From Sphingomonadaceae bacterium (GTDB lineage Bacteria > Pseudomonadota > Alphaproteobacteria > Sphingomonadales > Sphingomonadaceae), in NCBI GenBank assembly GCA_947442095.1, contig CANEVG010000001.1:1-45758 (forward strand): a stretch of 45,758 nucleotides of DNA, read 5' to 3'. Below the pieces are notes generated by a model. That model ran no database searches and had not been told where the DNA came from. It worked only from the letters and a program-made list of their open reading frames with translations. Below, piece after piece: positions 8,866 through 20,970 of this stretch (position 1 is its first letter; each line of letters begins with the position of its first letter). The position numbers and the translations under genes are program-made.

Positions 8866-11085
8866 ATGGTATCGATCAATCTGCGTAAGCCCCTGCTGGG
8901 CCTGCTGTGTGCCTGCGGCCTTGCCGCGTCATCTTTTCAGTCTGGGCTTCAGGCTGGCTTGCCGGCCTACCCGGCGGCCACCCATCCGGTTGCGGGGGAT
9001 GAATGGCTCCATGTCGGCGGTGATCCTGCCGGCACATGGTTCTCATCGCTTGCCGATATCAACGACAGCAACGCGCATCAGCTCGGCTTTGCCTGGGCCT
9101 ATGACATGGGCACCGAACGCGGGCAGGAAGCGACTCCGCTCGTCATCGACGGGGTGATGTACACCTCGGGCGTATGGGGGATCGTCTATGCGCTCGATGC
9201 GGTCACCGGCACTCTGCTTTGGACGTTCCACCCCGGCATCGATCCGGCCTCCGCGCGCAATGCCTGCTGCGACACGGTCAACCGCGGCGTCGCTGTGCGC
9301 GATGGTGTGCTGTTCGTCGCCAGCGAGGACGGGCGGCTCCACGCGCTCGACGCCAAGACCGGCGCGGAAAAATGGACCGCCGACACGATCATCGGCCGGG
9401 GCACGACCTCCTATACATATGCCTCTACCGGCGCGGTGCTGCTCACCAGCGATGCCGTGGTTATCGGCAATTCAGGCGCCGATCTCGGCGACGGCTCGAC
9501 ACGCGGCTACATTTCGGCGTGGGATATCAAGACCGGTGCGTTCAAGTGGCGCTTCTTCACCGTGCCGCCGCCGCCGGGCCAACCCTTCGAACACCCCGAA
9601 CTTGAAATGGCGGCGAAGTCATGGGGGCCGAACCACGATGGCCGCTACCAGAACGGCGGCACGGTGTGGGACGGTCTTTCCTACGATGCCGAAACCGACC
9701 AGATCGTGTTCGGCACCGCCAATGCCTCGCCCTATTCGCGCGTCAAGAACGCGGCCGAGCGTCAGGACGACCTGTTCAACGCCTCGATCGTTGCGGTAAA
9801 CGCCAAATCTGGCCGGATGACTTGGTACTATCAGGAGACCCCCGGCGATGCGTGGGACTATGATGCAACGCAAAAGTTCACGTTCGCCAATCTGCCGGTC
9901 GGCGTTGATGGTGGCAGCGGGGGCGAAACCCGCCGCGTTGTCATGCAGGCTTCGAAAAACGGCTTTTTTTACACGCTCGACCTCAAGACCGGCAAATTGC
10001 TCGCCGCCGATCCCTTCGCTTATGTGAACTGGGCCAAGGGCGTGGATCTTGCCACGGGCCGCCCCGAATTCACGGAGATCGCGGATTATTCCGCCAAGCC
10101 GAAGAACGTCTATCCCTCATGGGCCGGCGCGCACACGTGGAACCCGATGTCGTTCAGCCCGAAGACCGGCCTCGTCTATATTCCCACCGTCGACATGCCC
10201 AACGTCATGGTCAATCTCGCCGCCAACAAAGGCAAGCTCGAACACCTCGAAGGCTTCTTCAACGCCAACGGCATCATCCCTGACGACACCTACGACGAAG
10301 CCACGCTGACGCGCCTGTTCGGCCCAGTGCCTGCGAAGGCGGACCTCCAGAAGGAACGCGGCAAGACCAGTGTAGTGCGCGAAGTGCTCAAAGCCTGGGA
10401 CCCGGTGGCGCGCAAGGTCGTGTGGGAGCAGGTCACTTCCGATCGCAATCGCGGCTATGATGGCGGCGTGCTCTCCACGGCGGGCAATATCGTGGTGCAG
10501 GGGCGCGGCGATGGCACCTTGCGCGTCTACAACGCCGCCAACGGCGCTGAGCTCGTCTCGATCCAGACCGGCTCGCATATCATGGCAGCGCCGATGACCT
10601 ACCGGATCGGCTCCGTGCAGTATATCGCGGTGCAGGTGGGTTATGGCGGGGTCGGCATCAGTTATCCGATCACCCCGGCGGACATCGCTTATCGCAACCG
10701 CAACACCAACCGCATTCTGGTGTTCAAGCTCGGCGGTGGGCCGGTCCCCCAGCCGGATGCGCGCCCCGATCCGCTGACCTATCCCGCGCCGCCGCCGCTT
10801 AACGCCGCGCCCGCCAAGATCGCCCACGGCGAGGCCAAGTTCACCGAGTACTGCTCGCGCTGCCACATGTTCGGCCCCGGCGTGACGCCAGACCTGTCGC
10901 GCCTCCCGCGCGAAATCCACGCCATGTTCAAGGACATCGTGCTGGGCGGCGCGCTAGCAGGCAACGGCATGGCCCCGATGGGCGACATGGTCAGCAAGTA
11001 CGACGTCGAGGCGATCCACGCCTATCTGATTGACACCCAGCGCAAGGGCCACGCCGCGCAACAGGCGAAAGCCAAAACCCACTGA
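8866..11085 (+). CDS. PQQ-dependent quinohemoprotein alcohol dehydrogenase (type II, C-terminal cytochrome c)
   Basis: RGQEATPLV, vicinal disulfide ACCDTVNRG, GGTVWD, TPGDAWDYD, GAHTWNPMSFSP, C-terminal CSRCH..GMAPM; GGAGA RBS before MVSINL. Confidence 0.92.
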   Translation: MVSINLRKPLLGLLCACGLAASSFQSGLQAGLPAYPAATHPVAGDEWLHVGGDPAGTWFSSLADINDSNAHQLGFAWAYDMGTERGQEATPLVIDGVMYTSGVWGIVYALDAVTGTLLWTFHPGIDPASARNACCDTVNRGVAVRDGVLFVASEDGRLHALDAKTGAEKWTADTIIGRGTTSYTYASTGAVLLTSDAVVIGNSGADLGDGSTRGYISAWDIKTGAFKWRFFTVPPPPGQPFEHPELEMAAKSWGPNHDGRYQNGGTVWDGLSYDAETDQIVFGTANASPYSRVKNAAERQDDLFNASIVAVNAKSGRMTWYYQETPGDAWDYDATQKFTFANLPVGVDGGSGGETRRVVMQASKNGFFYTLDLKTGKLLAADPFAYVNWAKGVDLATGRPEFTEIADYSAKPKNVYPSWAGAHTWNPMSFSPKTGLVYIPTVDMPNVMVNLAANKGKLEHLEGFFNANGIIPDDTYDEATLTRLFGPVPAKADLQKERGKTSVVREVLKAWDPVARKVVWEQVTSDRNRGYDGGVLSTAGNIVVQGRGDGTLRVYNAANGAELVSIQTGSHIMAAPMTYRIGSVQYIAVQVGYGGVGISYPITPADIAYRNRNTNRILVFKLGGGPVPQPDARPDPLTYPAPPPLNAAPAKIAHGEAKFTEYCSRCHMFGPGVTPDLSRLPREIHAMFKDIVLGGALAGNGMAPMGDMVSKYDVEAIHAYLIDTQRKGHAAQQAKAKTH

Positions 11086-11166
11086 TCAGCGGGCGGACGG
11101 CGCGACCACACGAAACGGGGCGGCTCGCAACGGCCGTGCTTTCTGTCTCACCTAACGCGCGAAAAC

Positions 11167-12990
<1,824 letters not shown>

Positions 12991-13185
12991 GAGAACGCTT
13001 TCGATAGAAATCTCGGGTGCGGCGCGCGCAGCAGGCAGCGTGCCGTGCCCGGCGGTGGGGCCGGGGCTTGGCGGCGCGCATACCTGCAATTGTGCGCTGC
13101 GGCAAGGGAGCGCAGCGGCCAAGGATTGCCCTGAACACGGATTCATGGCTGAAGCCGAGATCTGCTGCTGCGAAAGGACCCCGCG

Positions 13186-13602
13186 ATGCAATGGATGATC
13201 CTGCCCTATCGGCGCTATTTCGAATTCGCTGGCCGCTCGCGCCGCCGTGAATACTGGCTCTTCGCACTGTTCTATCTGCTTGTGCTGGTGGCGCTCAATG
13301 TGATGTTCGGCACCAACGAGGTCGCGCACTCGCCCACCGGCTTCGGCTATGGCAGCCGCCTGGCAGGGGGCGGGGGACTTTTGGGCAGCCTGTTCGGGCT
13401 GGCCTCGCTCATCCCCGCGCTCGCGGTCTCGGTCCGCCGCCTGCATGATCAGGACCGCTCCGGCTGGCTGCTGCTGCTCGGCCTGATCCCCTTGTTCGGC
13501 GGCTTCGCGCTACTCGTGCTGATGTGCCTCGATGGCACGCGCGGCCCCAACCGCTTCGGCGCCGATCCGAAGGATCCCGGCAGCGCCGACGTGTTCCGCT
13601 GA
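13186..13602 (+). CDS. DUF805 domain inner-membrane protein
   Basis: FAGRSRRREYW, AVSVRRLHDQDRSGW, GPNRFGADP. Confidence 0.9.
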   Translation: MQWMILPYRRYFEFAGRSRRREYWLFALFYLLVLVALNVMFGTNEVAHSPTGFGYGSRLAGGGGLLGSLFGLASLIPALAVSVRRLHDQDRSGWLLLLGLIPLFGGFALLVLMCLDGTRGPNRFGADPKDPGSADVFR

Positions 13603-13607
13603 GCTTA

Positions 13608-13698
13608 GCCCCCCCGGGCGGGGAGGAAATGGGGGAGGGGGTTCGGCCCGTCTGGCAAGCTCCAGTCACCCCCACCCAGCCTCCCCCGAACGGGGGGC
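13608..13698. repeat. REP-like GC-rich palindromic element between convergent genes
   Basis: CCCCCCGGGCGGGGAGG..GGGGGAGGGG...CCCCCACCCAGCCTCCCCCGAACGGGGGG paired arms. Confidence 0.55.
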
Positions 13699-13715
13699 CA
13701 TAAGTCAGCCCAGCC

Positions 13716-16268
13716 TTACAAGGCCCGCAAAGCCTCCGCCGGCCGCGTCCGCAGCACCGAGAGCGAGCCCAGCACCGCCAGCACCATTACCAGCCCCGTG
13801 CCGCCCGCCAGCACGCCGGCCACGCGCGGCCAATTGGGTGCCCAGCTGAATTCGAACAGCTCCACCACCACCAGCCACCCCGCGCCGCAGCCCAGCAAGA
13901 GCGCAACTGCTGCCAGCACCGCGCAGAGCAGCGCATATTCCGCCAGCAGCAGCGCGAGCAATTGCCCCCGGCTCGCGCCCAGGACGCGCAGGATTACGCT
14001 GTCATACTGTCGCGCCGCCCGCGCCGCCGCGATCGCGCCCGCCAGCACCGCAAGCCCCGCCAGCACCGCCACGCTTGCCGCGGCAAACACCGCCGTGCCC
14101 ATCTGCCCCAGCAAAGTGCGCGCCTGCCCCAGCACCGAACCCACCTCGATCACCGAGCTTTCCGGGAGCGCGCGCACCAGCCCCGAAAGGATCGCCCGCC
14201 TTACGGCATCGCGCTTTTCTGGCGCGGCCAGGGTAATCGTCGCGGCATAGCTGTGCGGCGCGTCCACCAGCGCATTGGGGCTGAACACCAAGGCGTAATT
14301 GAACCCGAACGAAGTCCAGTCGACCTGCCTGAGCGACGCCACCCGCGCGCTGCGCTCGGTGCCGAGAAGGCTGATCCGCAGCGTGTCGCCCACTTTCAGG
14401 CCGATGGCCTTGGCCTGATCGGCATCGACCGAAACCAGCGGTTCGCCCGCATAGCCCTTGGGCCACCATTGGCCCTCGGTCAGCACGTTGCCCTGCGGCA
14501 CGGCGTCGGCATAAGTCAGCCCACGGTCGCCGCGCAGCAGCCACGAATCCTCTGGAATGGTCTTGAGGCTGGCCACTTCGGTCATCGTTGCTTCCGGCCC
14601 ATAGGCCAGCACCGCTCCGCGCATCGAAGGCACCATCCGCACTTCCGCACGCGGTGCAGCGGTGTGCACCAAGGCCTTGAACGTCTCCACCCCTTGCCCG
14701 CGCGGCACATCGAGCACGAAATAATCGGGCGCGCGCACCGGAATGCGACTGGCAATATTGGCATCGATCGAGGTCTCAATCACCGCGAGTAGCACGAAGG
14801 CTGAAAGCGCAAAGCCCAGCGCCACCACCAGCGCCGCCGTCTGAGCGCCGGGCCGGTGCAGATTGGCCAGCGCCATGCGCAGGATCGCTCCCTTGGGGCG
14901 AGGCACCCGCGCTGCGAGCCACGCCAGCCCTTGGCCCAGCAGCGCGAGCAGGGCGAATACTACCGACGCCCCGCCAAGGAAGCCCGACGCGAGCCACGGC
15001 TGCGGTGATGTCAGCACCGCCAGCGCGGCAATCCCGCCAAGGCCCAAGCCCACTGGCAGCACCCAAAGCGGCGGCTTGGCCAGCTTCCAGCGCCCACCCA
15101 CCGGCGCCACTCGCGCGCGTAGCAAAGCCATTGCCGGCACCCGCCGCGCGGCCAGCAGGGGCGGCGCGGCAAAAGAGAGCGCGATCAGCAGGCCATAAGC
15201 GGCGGCGATCGCCAGCGCGCCCACGTCCAAAGTAAACCCCGGCGGTATCGGCAACAGCCCCGAAAGCGCCCGCGCCAAGAGCGGCGTGATCGAGACCCCC
15301 AAGGCCAGCCCCAGCGCAATCGCCGCTCCCGCCGCCGCTGCAATCTGCAGCAGATAGATGCGCACAATATCCGCTGCGCCCGCGCCTAGAATCTTGAGCG
15401 TTGCTATGCTCGCCCGCCGCGCCTCAAGGTATGAGGAAACCCCGCCCACAATCCCGATCCCGGCAATCCCCAGCGCCGCCAGCGCCACCAGCACCAGAAA
15501 CTGCCCCATGCGCTCTACGAACCGGTCGATCCCCGGCGAGGCCTTGTCGCGGGTGCGCGTATCAAACCCGCCAGCGGGGAATTGCGCTTTGAACGCCTCG
15601 GTCAGCGCCGTTGGATCGGCTTTTTCCGGCAGCTTTACTCGGTATTTCCACCGCGCCATGCTGCCGACCTGCACGAGGCCGGATGCCGTCAGCGCCTCGT
15701 CGCTTACGATCACTGTCGGCCCCAGTGCAAAGCCTTCGGAAAGCTGGTCCGGCTCGCTCGCGATTACCCCGCCGATAGTGAGCGTGGCACTGCCGATCTT
15801 GATCTGCTCGCCAGGCTTCACTCCCAGCCGGTCCGCGGCCCCCGGCGCGATCCATGCCGACATGCCCTGCGGCGCACCCGCTGCGCGCCCACCATCGACG
15901 CGGAACTGGCCATACAAAGGCCAGCGCGCGTCGACCGACTTGATCGCCACCGGCACCGCATCTTCCGACGAATCTGCTCGCCGCGCCATCGCCTGCAGTC
16001 GCGCGCCTTGCGAAACCGTCCCCAGCGCGTGCATCGCGGTTATCTCTTCCTTCGAGGCCTCGCGCCCCGAAAGCGTCAGCTGCAAATCGCCGCCCAGAAT
16101 CGCCTGCCCGCGCGTCGCCAGCTCCCCGCCGATCGCGCCGGTCAGCGTACCGATTGCCGCCAGTGCCGCGGTTCCCAGCACCAAACACACGATCAAGAGC
16201 CGCAGCCCGCGAAACCGCCAGTCCAGCCCCCGTCGCGCCAGCCGCCAGGCCAAAGTCCAGCTGTTCAC
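13716..16268 (-). CDS. ABC transporter permease, FtsX-like (YbbP family)
   Basis: 850 aa, two FtsX/MacB halves (ILGGDLQL, IATLKILGA, PDYFVLDV, VILRVLGASRGQ). Confidence 0.9.
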   Translation of the reverse strand: MNSWTLAWRLARRGLDWRFRGLRLLIVCLVLGTAALAAIGTLTGAIGGELATRGQAILGGDLQLTLSGREASKEEITAMHALGTVSQGARLQAMARRADSSEDAVPVAIKSVDARWPLYGQFRVDGGRAAGAPQGMSAWIAPGAADRLGVKPGEQIKIGSATLTIGGVIASEPDQLSEGFALGPTVIVSDEALTASGLVQVGSMARWKYRVKLPEKADPTALTEAFKAQFPAGGFDTRTRDKASPGIDRFVERMGQFLVLVALAALGIAGIGIVGGVSSYLEARRASIATLKILGAGAADIVRIYLLQIAAAAGAAIALGLALGVSITPLLARALSGLLPIPPGFTLDVGALAIAAAYGLLIALSFAAPPLLAARRVPAMALLRARVAPVGGRWKLAKPPLWVLPVGLGLGGIAALAVLTSPQPWLASGFLGGASVVFALLALLGQGLAWLAARVPRPKGAILRMALANLHRPGAQTAALVVALGFALSAFVLLAVIETSIDANIASRIPVRAPDYFVLDVPRGQGVETFKALVHTAAPRAEVRMVPSMRGAVLAYGPEATMTEVASLKTIPEDSWLLRGDRGLTYADAVPQGNVLTEGQWWPKGYAGEPLVSVDADQAKAIGLKVGDTLRISLLGTERSARVASLRQVDWTSFGFNYALVFSPNALVDAPHSYAATITLAAPEKRDAVRRAILSGLVRALPESSVIEVGSVLGQARTLLGQMGTAVFAAASVAVLAGLAVLAGAIAAARAARQYDSVILRVLGASRGQLLALLLAEYALLCAVLAAVALLLGCGAGWLVVVELFEFSWAPNWPRVAGVLAGGTGLVMVLAVLGSLSVLRTRPAEALRAL

Positions 16269-16963
16269 GATGCTGCGTCCGAAATGATCCGCCCGTCCTC
16301 CAGCCGCACGATCCGCTGGCAGCGCCTGGCCAAGGCCTCGTCGTGCGTCACCAGCAGCAGGGTCGCCCCGGCTTCTGCAGCGCGCGCAAACAGGAGGTCC
16401 GCCACTGCATCGCCGTTCCGGTGATCAAGATTGCCGGTCGGCTCATCGGCAAAGACCAGCGCGGGCCGGGGCGCGAGCGCGCGGGCAATTGCCACGCGCT
16501 GCTGCTCACCGCCTGAAAGCTGTGCCGGATAATGCCGCATCCGGTGGCCGAGCCCGACCGCCTCCAAGGCTGCCGCCGCCCGGTTCGCCGCGCCCGGTAT
16601 CCCGGCCAGCTCCAGCGGCGTCGCCACGTTTTCCAGCGCAGTCATCGTCGGCAGCAAGTGAAACGCCTGCAGTACCACGCCGATCTTCCCGCGCCGCGCT
16701 GTCGCCAGCGCGTCCTCGCTCAGCGCCGCAAAGTCCTCGCCCGCCACCGTGAGCGAGCCGCCGCTCGCGCGCTCCAGCCCTGCCAGCACCGCCAGCAATG
16801 AGCTCTTCCCCGAACCCGAAGGTCCGAGCATCGCCAAGGTCTCGCCCGGCATGACCGAAAGGCTCACCCCGCGCAAGATATCGACCCGCGCCTCGCCCGA
16901 ACCAAGGCTCAGCGTCAGATCACGGGCTTCGATGATGGGCGAACGGGTGGCGGAAATAGTCAC
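16265..16963 (-). CDS. ABC transporter ATP-binding protein (YbbA/LolD-like)
   Basis: [37 protein letters not shown]. Confidence 0.93.
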   Translation of the reverse strand: MTISATRSPIIEARDLTLSLGSGEARVDILRGVSLSVMPGETLAMLGPSGSGKSSLLAVLAGLERASGGSLTVAGEDFAALSEDALATARRGKIGVVLQAFHLLPTMTALENVATPLELAGIPGAANRAAAALEAVGLGHRMRHYPAQLSGGEQQRVAIARALAPRPALVFADEPTGNLDHRNGDAVADLLFARAAEAGATLLLVTHDEALARRCQRIVRLEDGRIISDAAS

Positions 16964-17020
16964 TCCGCGGTAATGACACGGATCGGTTGCACCTCGCAAC
17001 CTAGCCCTTGAGGACCCCAG

Positions 17021-17713
17021 ATGCGCCGCATCGCCCTTTGCTTTCTGTTTGCCCTCGCGGCCTGCACCAAACCCGCCTCCGCGCCCGAAGCCCCGAAAGA
17101 CTTAACCACAGCCGCCATCCCGGTAGACGCTCCCGTGATCCTCGCTTTTGGAGACAGCCTCTACGCCGGCTACCGGCTCGCCCCCGGCGAAGGCTATCCG
17201 CCGCGCCTCGAAGCCGCGCTCAATGCGGGTGGCGTGAAGGCCCGCGTCGTGAACGCCGGTGTCTCGGGCGATACCACCGCCGCCGCCCTTGCGCGCCTTA
17301 CGTTCACGCTGGACGGCCAGAAGGTGAAACCCGCGCTCGTCCTCGTCGGCCTAGGCGGAAACGATATGCTGCGCGGGCTCCCGCCAGCGCAGACCCGCGC
17401 CAATCTCGATGCGATCCTCACCGAACTCGGCAAACGCCAGATTCCCGCGCTGCTCACCGGCATGCTTGCCGCGCCCAACATGGGGAAGGATTATGTCAGC
17501 GCTTTCAATCCGATCTACCCGGCACTTGCGAAGAAGCATAAAGCCCCGCTCGTGCCTTTCTTTCTGCAGGCCGTGATCGGCAACGACCTGTTGATGCTTG
17601 AAGATCACATTCACCCCAATGCACAAGGCATTGAAAAGATTGTGGCAGCCACACGCGATGAGGTGGCGAGGGCGCTGGCTGCGGCAACATCTATTCGCAA
17701 ATCGAGCCCCTGA
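17021..17713 (+). CDS. tesA: Arylesterase / acyl-CoA thioesterase I (SGNH-GDSL), probable lipoprotein
   Basis: GDSL, NAGVSGDT, GGND, DHIHPN; lipobox LAAC; divergent from ybbA/ybbP-like genes, as in the known tesA-ybbAP arrangement. Confidence 0.88.
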   Translation: MRRIALCFLFALAACTKPASAPEAPKDLTTAAIPVDAPVILAFGDSLYAGYRLAPGEGYPPRLEAALNAGGVKARVVNAGVSGDTTAAALARLTFTLDGQKVKPALVLVGLGGNDMLRGLPPAQTRANLDAILTELGKRQIPALLTGMLAAPNMGKDYVSAFNPIYPALAKKHKAPLVPFFLQAVIGNDLLMLEDHIHPNAQGIEKIVAATRDEVARALAAATSIRKSSP

Positions 17714-17789
17714 ACCTTGCACCGGGCATAAATCCGTGGCTCATTCGGAGCTAGCGCGCGAAGGCTCGCGCCCGTGAAAAGGACCGCTC

Positions 17790-18203
17790 ATGGAATGGAT
17801 GCTGATGCCCTATCGTCGCTATGCCGATTTCAGCGGGCGTTCTTGCCGCCGTGAATACTGGATGTTCACGCTACTGTCTGTCGTTGTCGCAACTGTTGCA
17901 GTTTTTGTTATGATCGCAGGCGGCGTGCCCGGCACGGACGGGGATGGGACGCCCGGTGCCGGGTTCTGGCTGGGTGCTGCCCTCATCGTCATCTGGGGCC
18001 TGGCCTCAATCATCCCCTCCATCGCGGTGCAAGTGCGCCGCTTCCACGATCAGGACCGCTCTGGCTGGATGATCCTGCTGGGCTTCATTCCCTATGTGGG
18101 CAGCCTGATCGTGTTCATTTTCATGTGCCTCAAGGGCACCACCGGCCCCAACCGGTTCGGCCCCGATCCGCTCGATCCCTCGAGCATCGACGTCTTTGCC
18201 TGA
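17790..18203 (+). CDS. DUF805 domain inner-membrane protein (second paralog)
   Basis: FSGRSCRREYW, AVQVRRFHDQDRSGW, GPNRFGPDP. Confidence 0.9.
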   Translation: MEWMLMPYRRYADFSGRSCRREYWMFTLLSVVVATVAVFVMIAGGVPGTDGDGTPGAGFWLGAALIVIWGLASIIPSIAVQVRRFHDQDRSGWMILLGFIPYVGSLIVFIFMCLKGTTGPNRFGPDPLDPSSIDVFA

Positions 18204-18212
18204 CCCTTGCTT

Positions 18213-18247
18213 CTCCCCTACCGCTTGCCGGAGGGGTCGGGGTGGGC
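18213..18247. repeat. REP-like palindromic element
   Basis: CTCCCCTACCGCTTGCCGGAGGGGTCGGGGTGGGC; close match to the copy at 44264-44297. Confidence 0.65.
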
Positions 18248-18256
18248 TCTTCAGGT

Positions 18257-19330
18257 CTAAACCCGCGCCACCGCCCCATCGGCCACGCGCCACACCGCCG
18301 CATCCGCGCCCAGCCCGTCAAACGGGGCCAGTTCAGTCCCGGTCATCCACACTTGTGCGCCCGCTTCGGCCAACCGCTCATAGAGCGCCGCTCGCCGTAG
18401 CGGATCAAGGTGTGCGGCGATCTCGTCGAGTAGCAGCAGTTGCGGCCGCTCGCCGCCCGAAAGCGCGGCATGCGCCAGCACGATCGAAATGAGCATCGCC
18501 TTCTGCTCGCCGGTTGAACAATCCGCCGCAGGCGCTTGTTTTACCGCCAAAGTCACCGCCAGATCATCGCGGTGCGGGCCGACCAATGTGCGCCCCGCCG
18601 CGCGGTCGCGACGCCGTCCCTCGCGCAGGGCCTCGCGCAGCGCCTGCGCTTCCACCGGCCCCCCCGCTGCATAGCCCAAGGCTGGCCGGGCAAACGGCGC
18701 TTCGGGCAGCGCTTGCAAAGCCCCCGAAAGCCTCAGAATCAAGGATCTGCGTGCCTGCGCAAGCTCCGCACCAGCCCCGGCTAGCCCGGCCTCGATCCCG
18801 TCGAGCCACAGCGCATCGGGCTCGCCCGGGCCTTCCAGCAGCCGGTTCCGCTCGCGCAGCGCGGTTTCATAGCGGCTCGCTGCACGCGCATGTCCCGGCT
18901 CCACCGCCAAGACCAGCCGGTCCAAAAACCGCCGCCGCGCGCCCGCGCCTTCGGCAAACAGCCGGTCCATTGCCGGGGTCAGCCAGGTGACGGAAAGCCA
19001 CTCGGCTAACCGCGATGCCGGGCCTTCCGCGCCGTTGATGCGCACCGTCCGCCGCCCGGGCGCGGGGGGCGTGGTCATGGTGCCCAGCGCGACCGCGCCG
19101 CCCTCAAGTTCCGCGCTCACGGCAAAGCTGCCATCCCCGCTGCGCCCCGCCATTTCCGCCGGATGCGCACGCCTGAGGCCCCGCCCCGGTGAGAGCAGCG
19201 AGAGCGCCTCCAGCACGTTGGTTTTCCCCGCACCGTTCTCCCCGATAAGCACATTGAAGCGCGCGGTCCCTTCCAGCCGGGTCGCGGCATGGTTGCGAAA
19301 GTGGCGCAAGGTGAGGCGAGTAAGCGGCAT
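18257..19330 (-). CDS. recF: DNA replication/repair protein RecF
   Basis: [53 protein letters not shown]. Confidence 0.96.
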   Translation of the reverse strand: MPLTRLTLRHFRNHAATRLEGTARFNVLIGENGAGKTNVLEALSLLSPGRGLRRAHPAEMAGRSGDGSFAVSAELEGGAVALGTMTTPPAPGRRTVRINGAEGPASRLAEWLSVTWLTPAMDRLFAEGAGARRRFLDRLVLAVEPGHARAASRYETALRERNRLLEGPGEPDALWLDGIEAGLAGAGAELAQARRSLILRLSGALQALPEAPFARPALGYAAGGPVEAQALREALREGRRRDRAAGRTLVGPHRDDLAVTLAVKQAPAADCSTGEQKAMLISIVLAHAALSGGERPQLLLLDEIAAHLDPLRRAALYERLAEAGAQVWMTGTELAPFDGLGADAAVWRVADGAVARV

Positions 19331-19414
19331 CGTGGCCTGCGTTAGAAGGTTTCGCCCGCCCGCGCAAAGCAGCCTGATTGACAAGCTATGCGTCCTTGAG
19401 GAAGACCTCGGACC

Positions 19415-19852
19415 ATGCGCTTTGTCCTCCCCATTGCCCTCGCGCTCGCGCTCTGCGCCAACAGCCTCACGCCAAGGTCTGCCATGAACCCTGTCGTCCA
19501 TTTCGAAATCCCGGTGACAGACATGGACCGTGCGGTCCGCTTCTACGAAGTCGTCTTTGCCACCAAACTCGCCCATCAGGAGGTCGATGGCTACACCATG
19601 GCCTTCTTCCCGCGCGCAGACGGCAAGCCCGGCGCGAGCGGCGCGCTCGCCAAGGGCGATGTCTATGTCCCCTCCAAAGCGGGCGCGATCCTCTACTTCG
19701 ATGTGCAGGCGATCGAACCCGTCCTCGAACGTGCGCTCGCCCATGGCGGCAAGGTGCTCTATCCGAAGAAGGACATCGGCGAGGCCGGGTTTGTGGCCGA
19801 GATCGAGGACAGCGAAGGCAATCGCATCGCGCTGAGTGCGCCGGCGGACTGA
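19415..19852 (+). CDS. VOC / glyoxalase family protein
   Basis: [43 protein letters not shown]; alternative start at 19484. Confidence 0.88.
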   Translation: MRFVLPIALALALCANSLTPRSAMNPVVHFEIPVTDMDRAVRFYEVVFATKLAHQEVDGYTMAFFPRADGKPGASGALAKGDVYVPSKAGAILYFDVQAIEPVLERALAHGGKVLYPKKDIGEAGFVAEIEDSEGNRIALSAPAD

Positions 19853-19863
19853 GAATTTGGCCT

Positions 19864-19908
19864 GTCCCTATTTATTGGGTCCCTATTTATTGGGCCCCTG
19901 CTTATTGC
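19864..19908. repeat. 15-bp tandem repeat GTCCCTATTTATTGG x2 plus a degenerate third copy
   Basis: gtccctatttattgg gtccctatttattgg gcccctgcttattgc between the convergent VOC and pspF genes. Confidence 0.7.
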
Positions 19909-20936
19909 TCGCCCCTCTCCAGCAGCCCATGCTTCTTCAGGCAGTGCCGCAGTTGGTCATAGGTCAGCCCCAGTGCCTTCGCCGTCTGCCGCTGGTTGTA
20001 GCGGTTGCGCCCCAAGTGGTGTTCCAGGATAGCCCGCTCGTGCCCGTCCACCGCTGCGCGCAAGTCTGCCACGCCATCCAAATCGTGCGGGACCGCCGGA
20101 GCAGGGCTTCCGCTCCCGGCTGACACCGCCTTCACTGGCGCTGCCGCGGTCTCCGCCTGTCGCCACGGGCTTTCGAACGGATCAAACTGCACATGCCCGA
20201 TGGCGCGCTCGGCATCGTCCCAGCGGTAGACCGCGCGCTCAACCACATTGCGCAGCTCGCGCACATTGCCCGGCCAGGCATAGTCTTCCATTGCGCGGCT
20301 GACATGTGCGGCAAAGCCGGGCCACGATGGCCAGTCCAGCTCCGCCGCCATGCGCCGCCCGTAATAGTCCGAAAGCACTGCAATATCCCCCTCGCGCACG
20401 CGCAGCGGGGGGAGCGTGATCACTTCGAAACTCAGCCGGTCGAGCAAGTCGGGCCGGAAGCGGCCTTCTTCGGCCATGCGCGGCAGGTTCTCATTGGTTG
20501 CCGCCACGATCCGTACGTCGACCATGATCGGCTTGTTTGCGCCGATCCGCGCCACTTCGCCATATTCCACCGCGCGCAGCAGCCGTTCCTGCGCGCCCAT
20601 CGAAAGCGTGCCGAGCTCGTCGAGGAATAGCGTGCCCTTGTCCGCTTCCTCGAACCGGCCTGCGCGCGCCCGTGTCGCTCCGGTGAACGCGCCCGCCTCG
20701 TGGCCGAACAACTCCGCCTCGATAAGCGTTTCGGGAAGGGCGGCGCAGTTCATCGTCACCAGCGGCTCCTGCCAGCGTTTGGACAGGCGGTGCAGGCGTT
20801 CGGCGATAAGTTCCTTGCCTGTCCCGCGTTCGCCGATCACCAGCACCGGGCGGCGCATCGGCGCGGCGCGGCTGGCGCGCTCCACCGCATCGAGAAACGC
20901 TCCCGATTGGCCGATGAACTGGACTTCGCGGTCCAT
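19902..20936 (-). CDS. pspF: Phage shock protein operon sigma54 activator
   Basis: No N-terminal regulatory domain; GERGTGKE, RLHRLSKRW, ELFGHEAGAFTGA, WPGNVRELRNVVER, HTH YNQRQTAKALGLTYDQLRH; divergent from pspA. Confidence 0.95.
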   Translation of the reverse strand: MDREVQFIGQSGAFLDAVERASRAAPMRRPVLVIGERGTGKELIAERLHRLSKRWQEPLVTMNCAALPETLIEAELFGHEAGAFTGATRARAGRFEEADKGTLFLDELGTLSMGAQERLLRAVEYGEVARIGANKPIMVDVRIVAATNENLPRMAEEGRFRPDLLDRLSFEVITLPPLRVREGDIAVLSDYYGRRMAAELDWPSWPGFAAHVSRAMEDYAWPGNVRELRNVVERAVYRWDDAERAIGHVQFDPFESPWRQAETAAAPVKAVSAGSGSPAPAVPHDLDGVADLRAAVDGHERAILEHHLGRNRYNQRQTAKALGLTYDQLRHCLKKHGLLERGEQ

Positions 20937-20970
20937 GTCGTGCCCCCACATGTGATCTTGTCCCAACCCA

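Noticed and set aside
12991-13446. Long N-terminal extensions in the ORF track for typA (also recF, lpdA, GT4, quinone oxidoreductase, DUF2147)
   Set aside because: The extensions overlap neighbouring genes or repeats; family-typical starts lie downstream.
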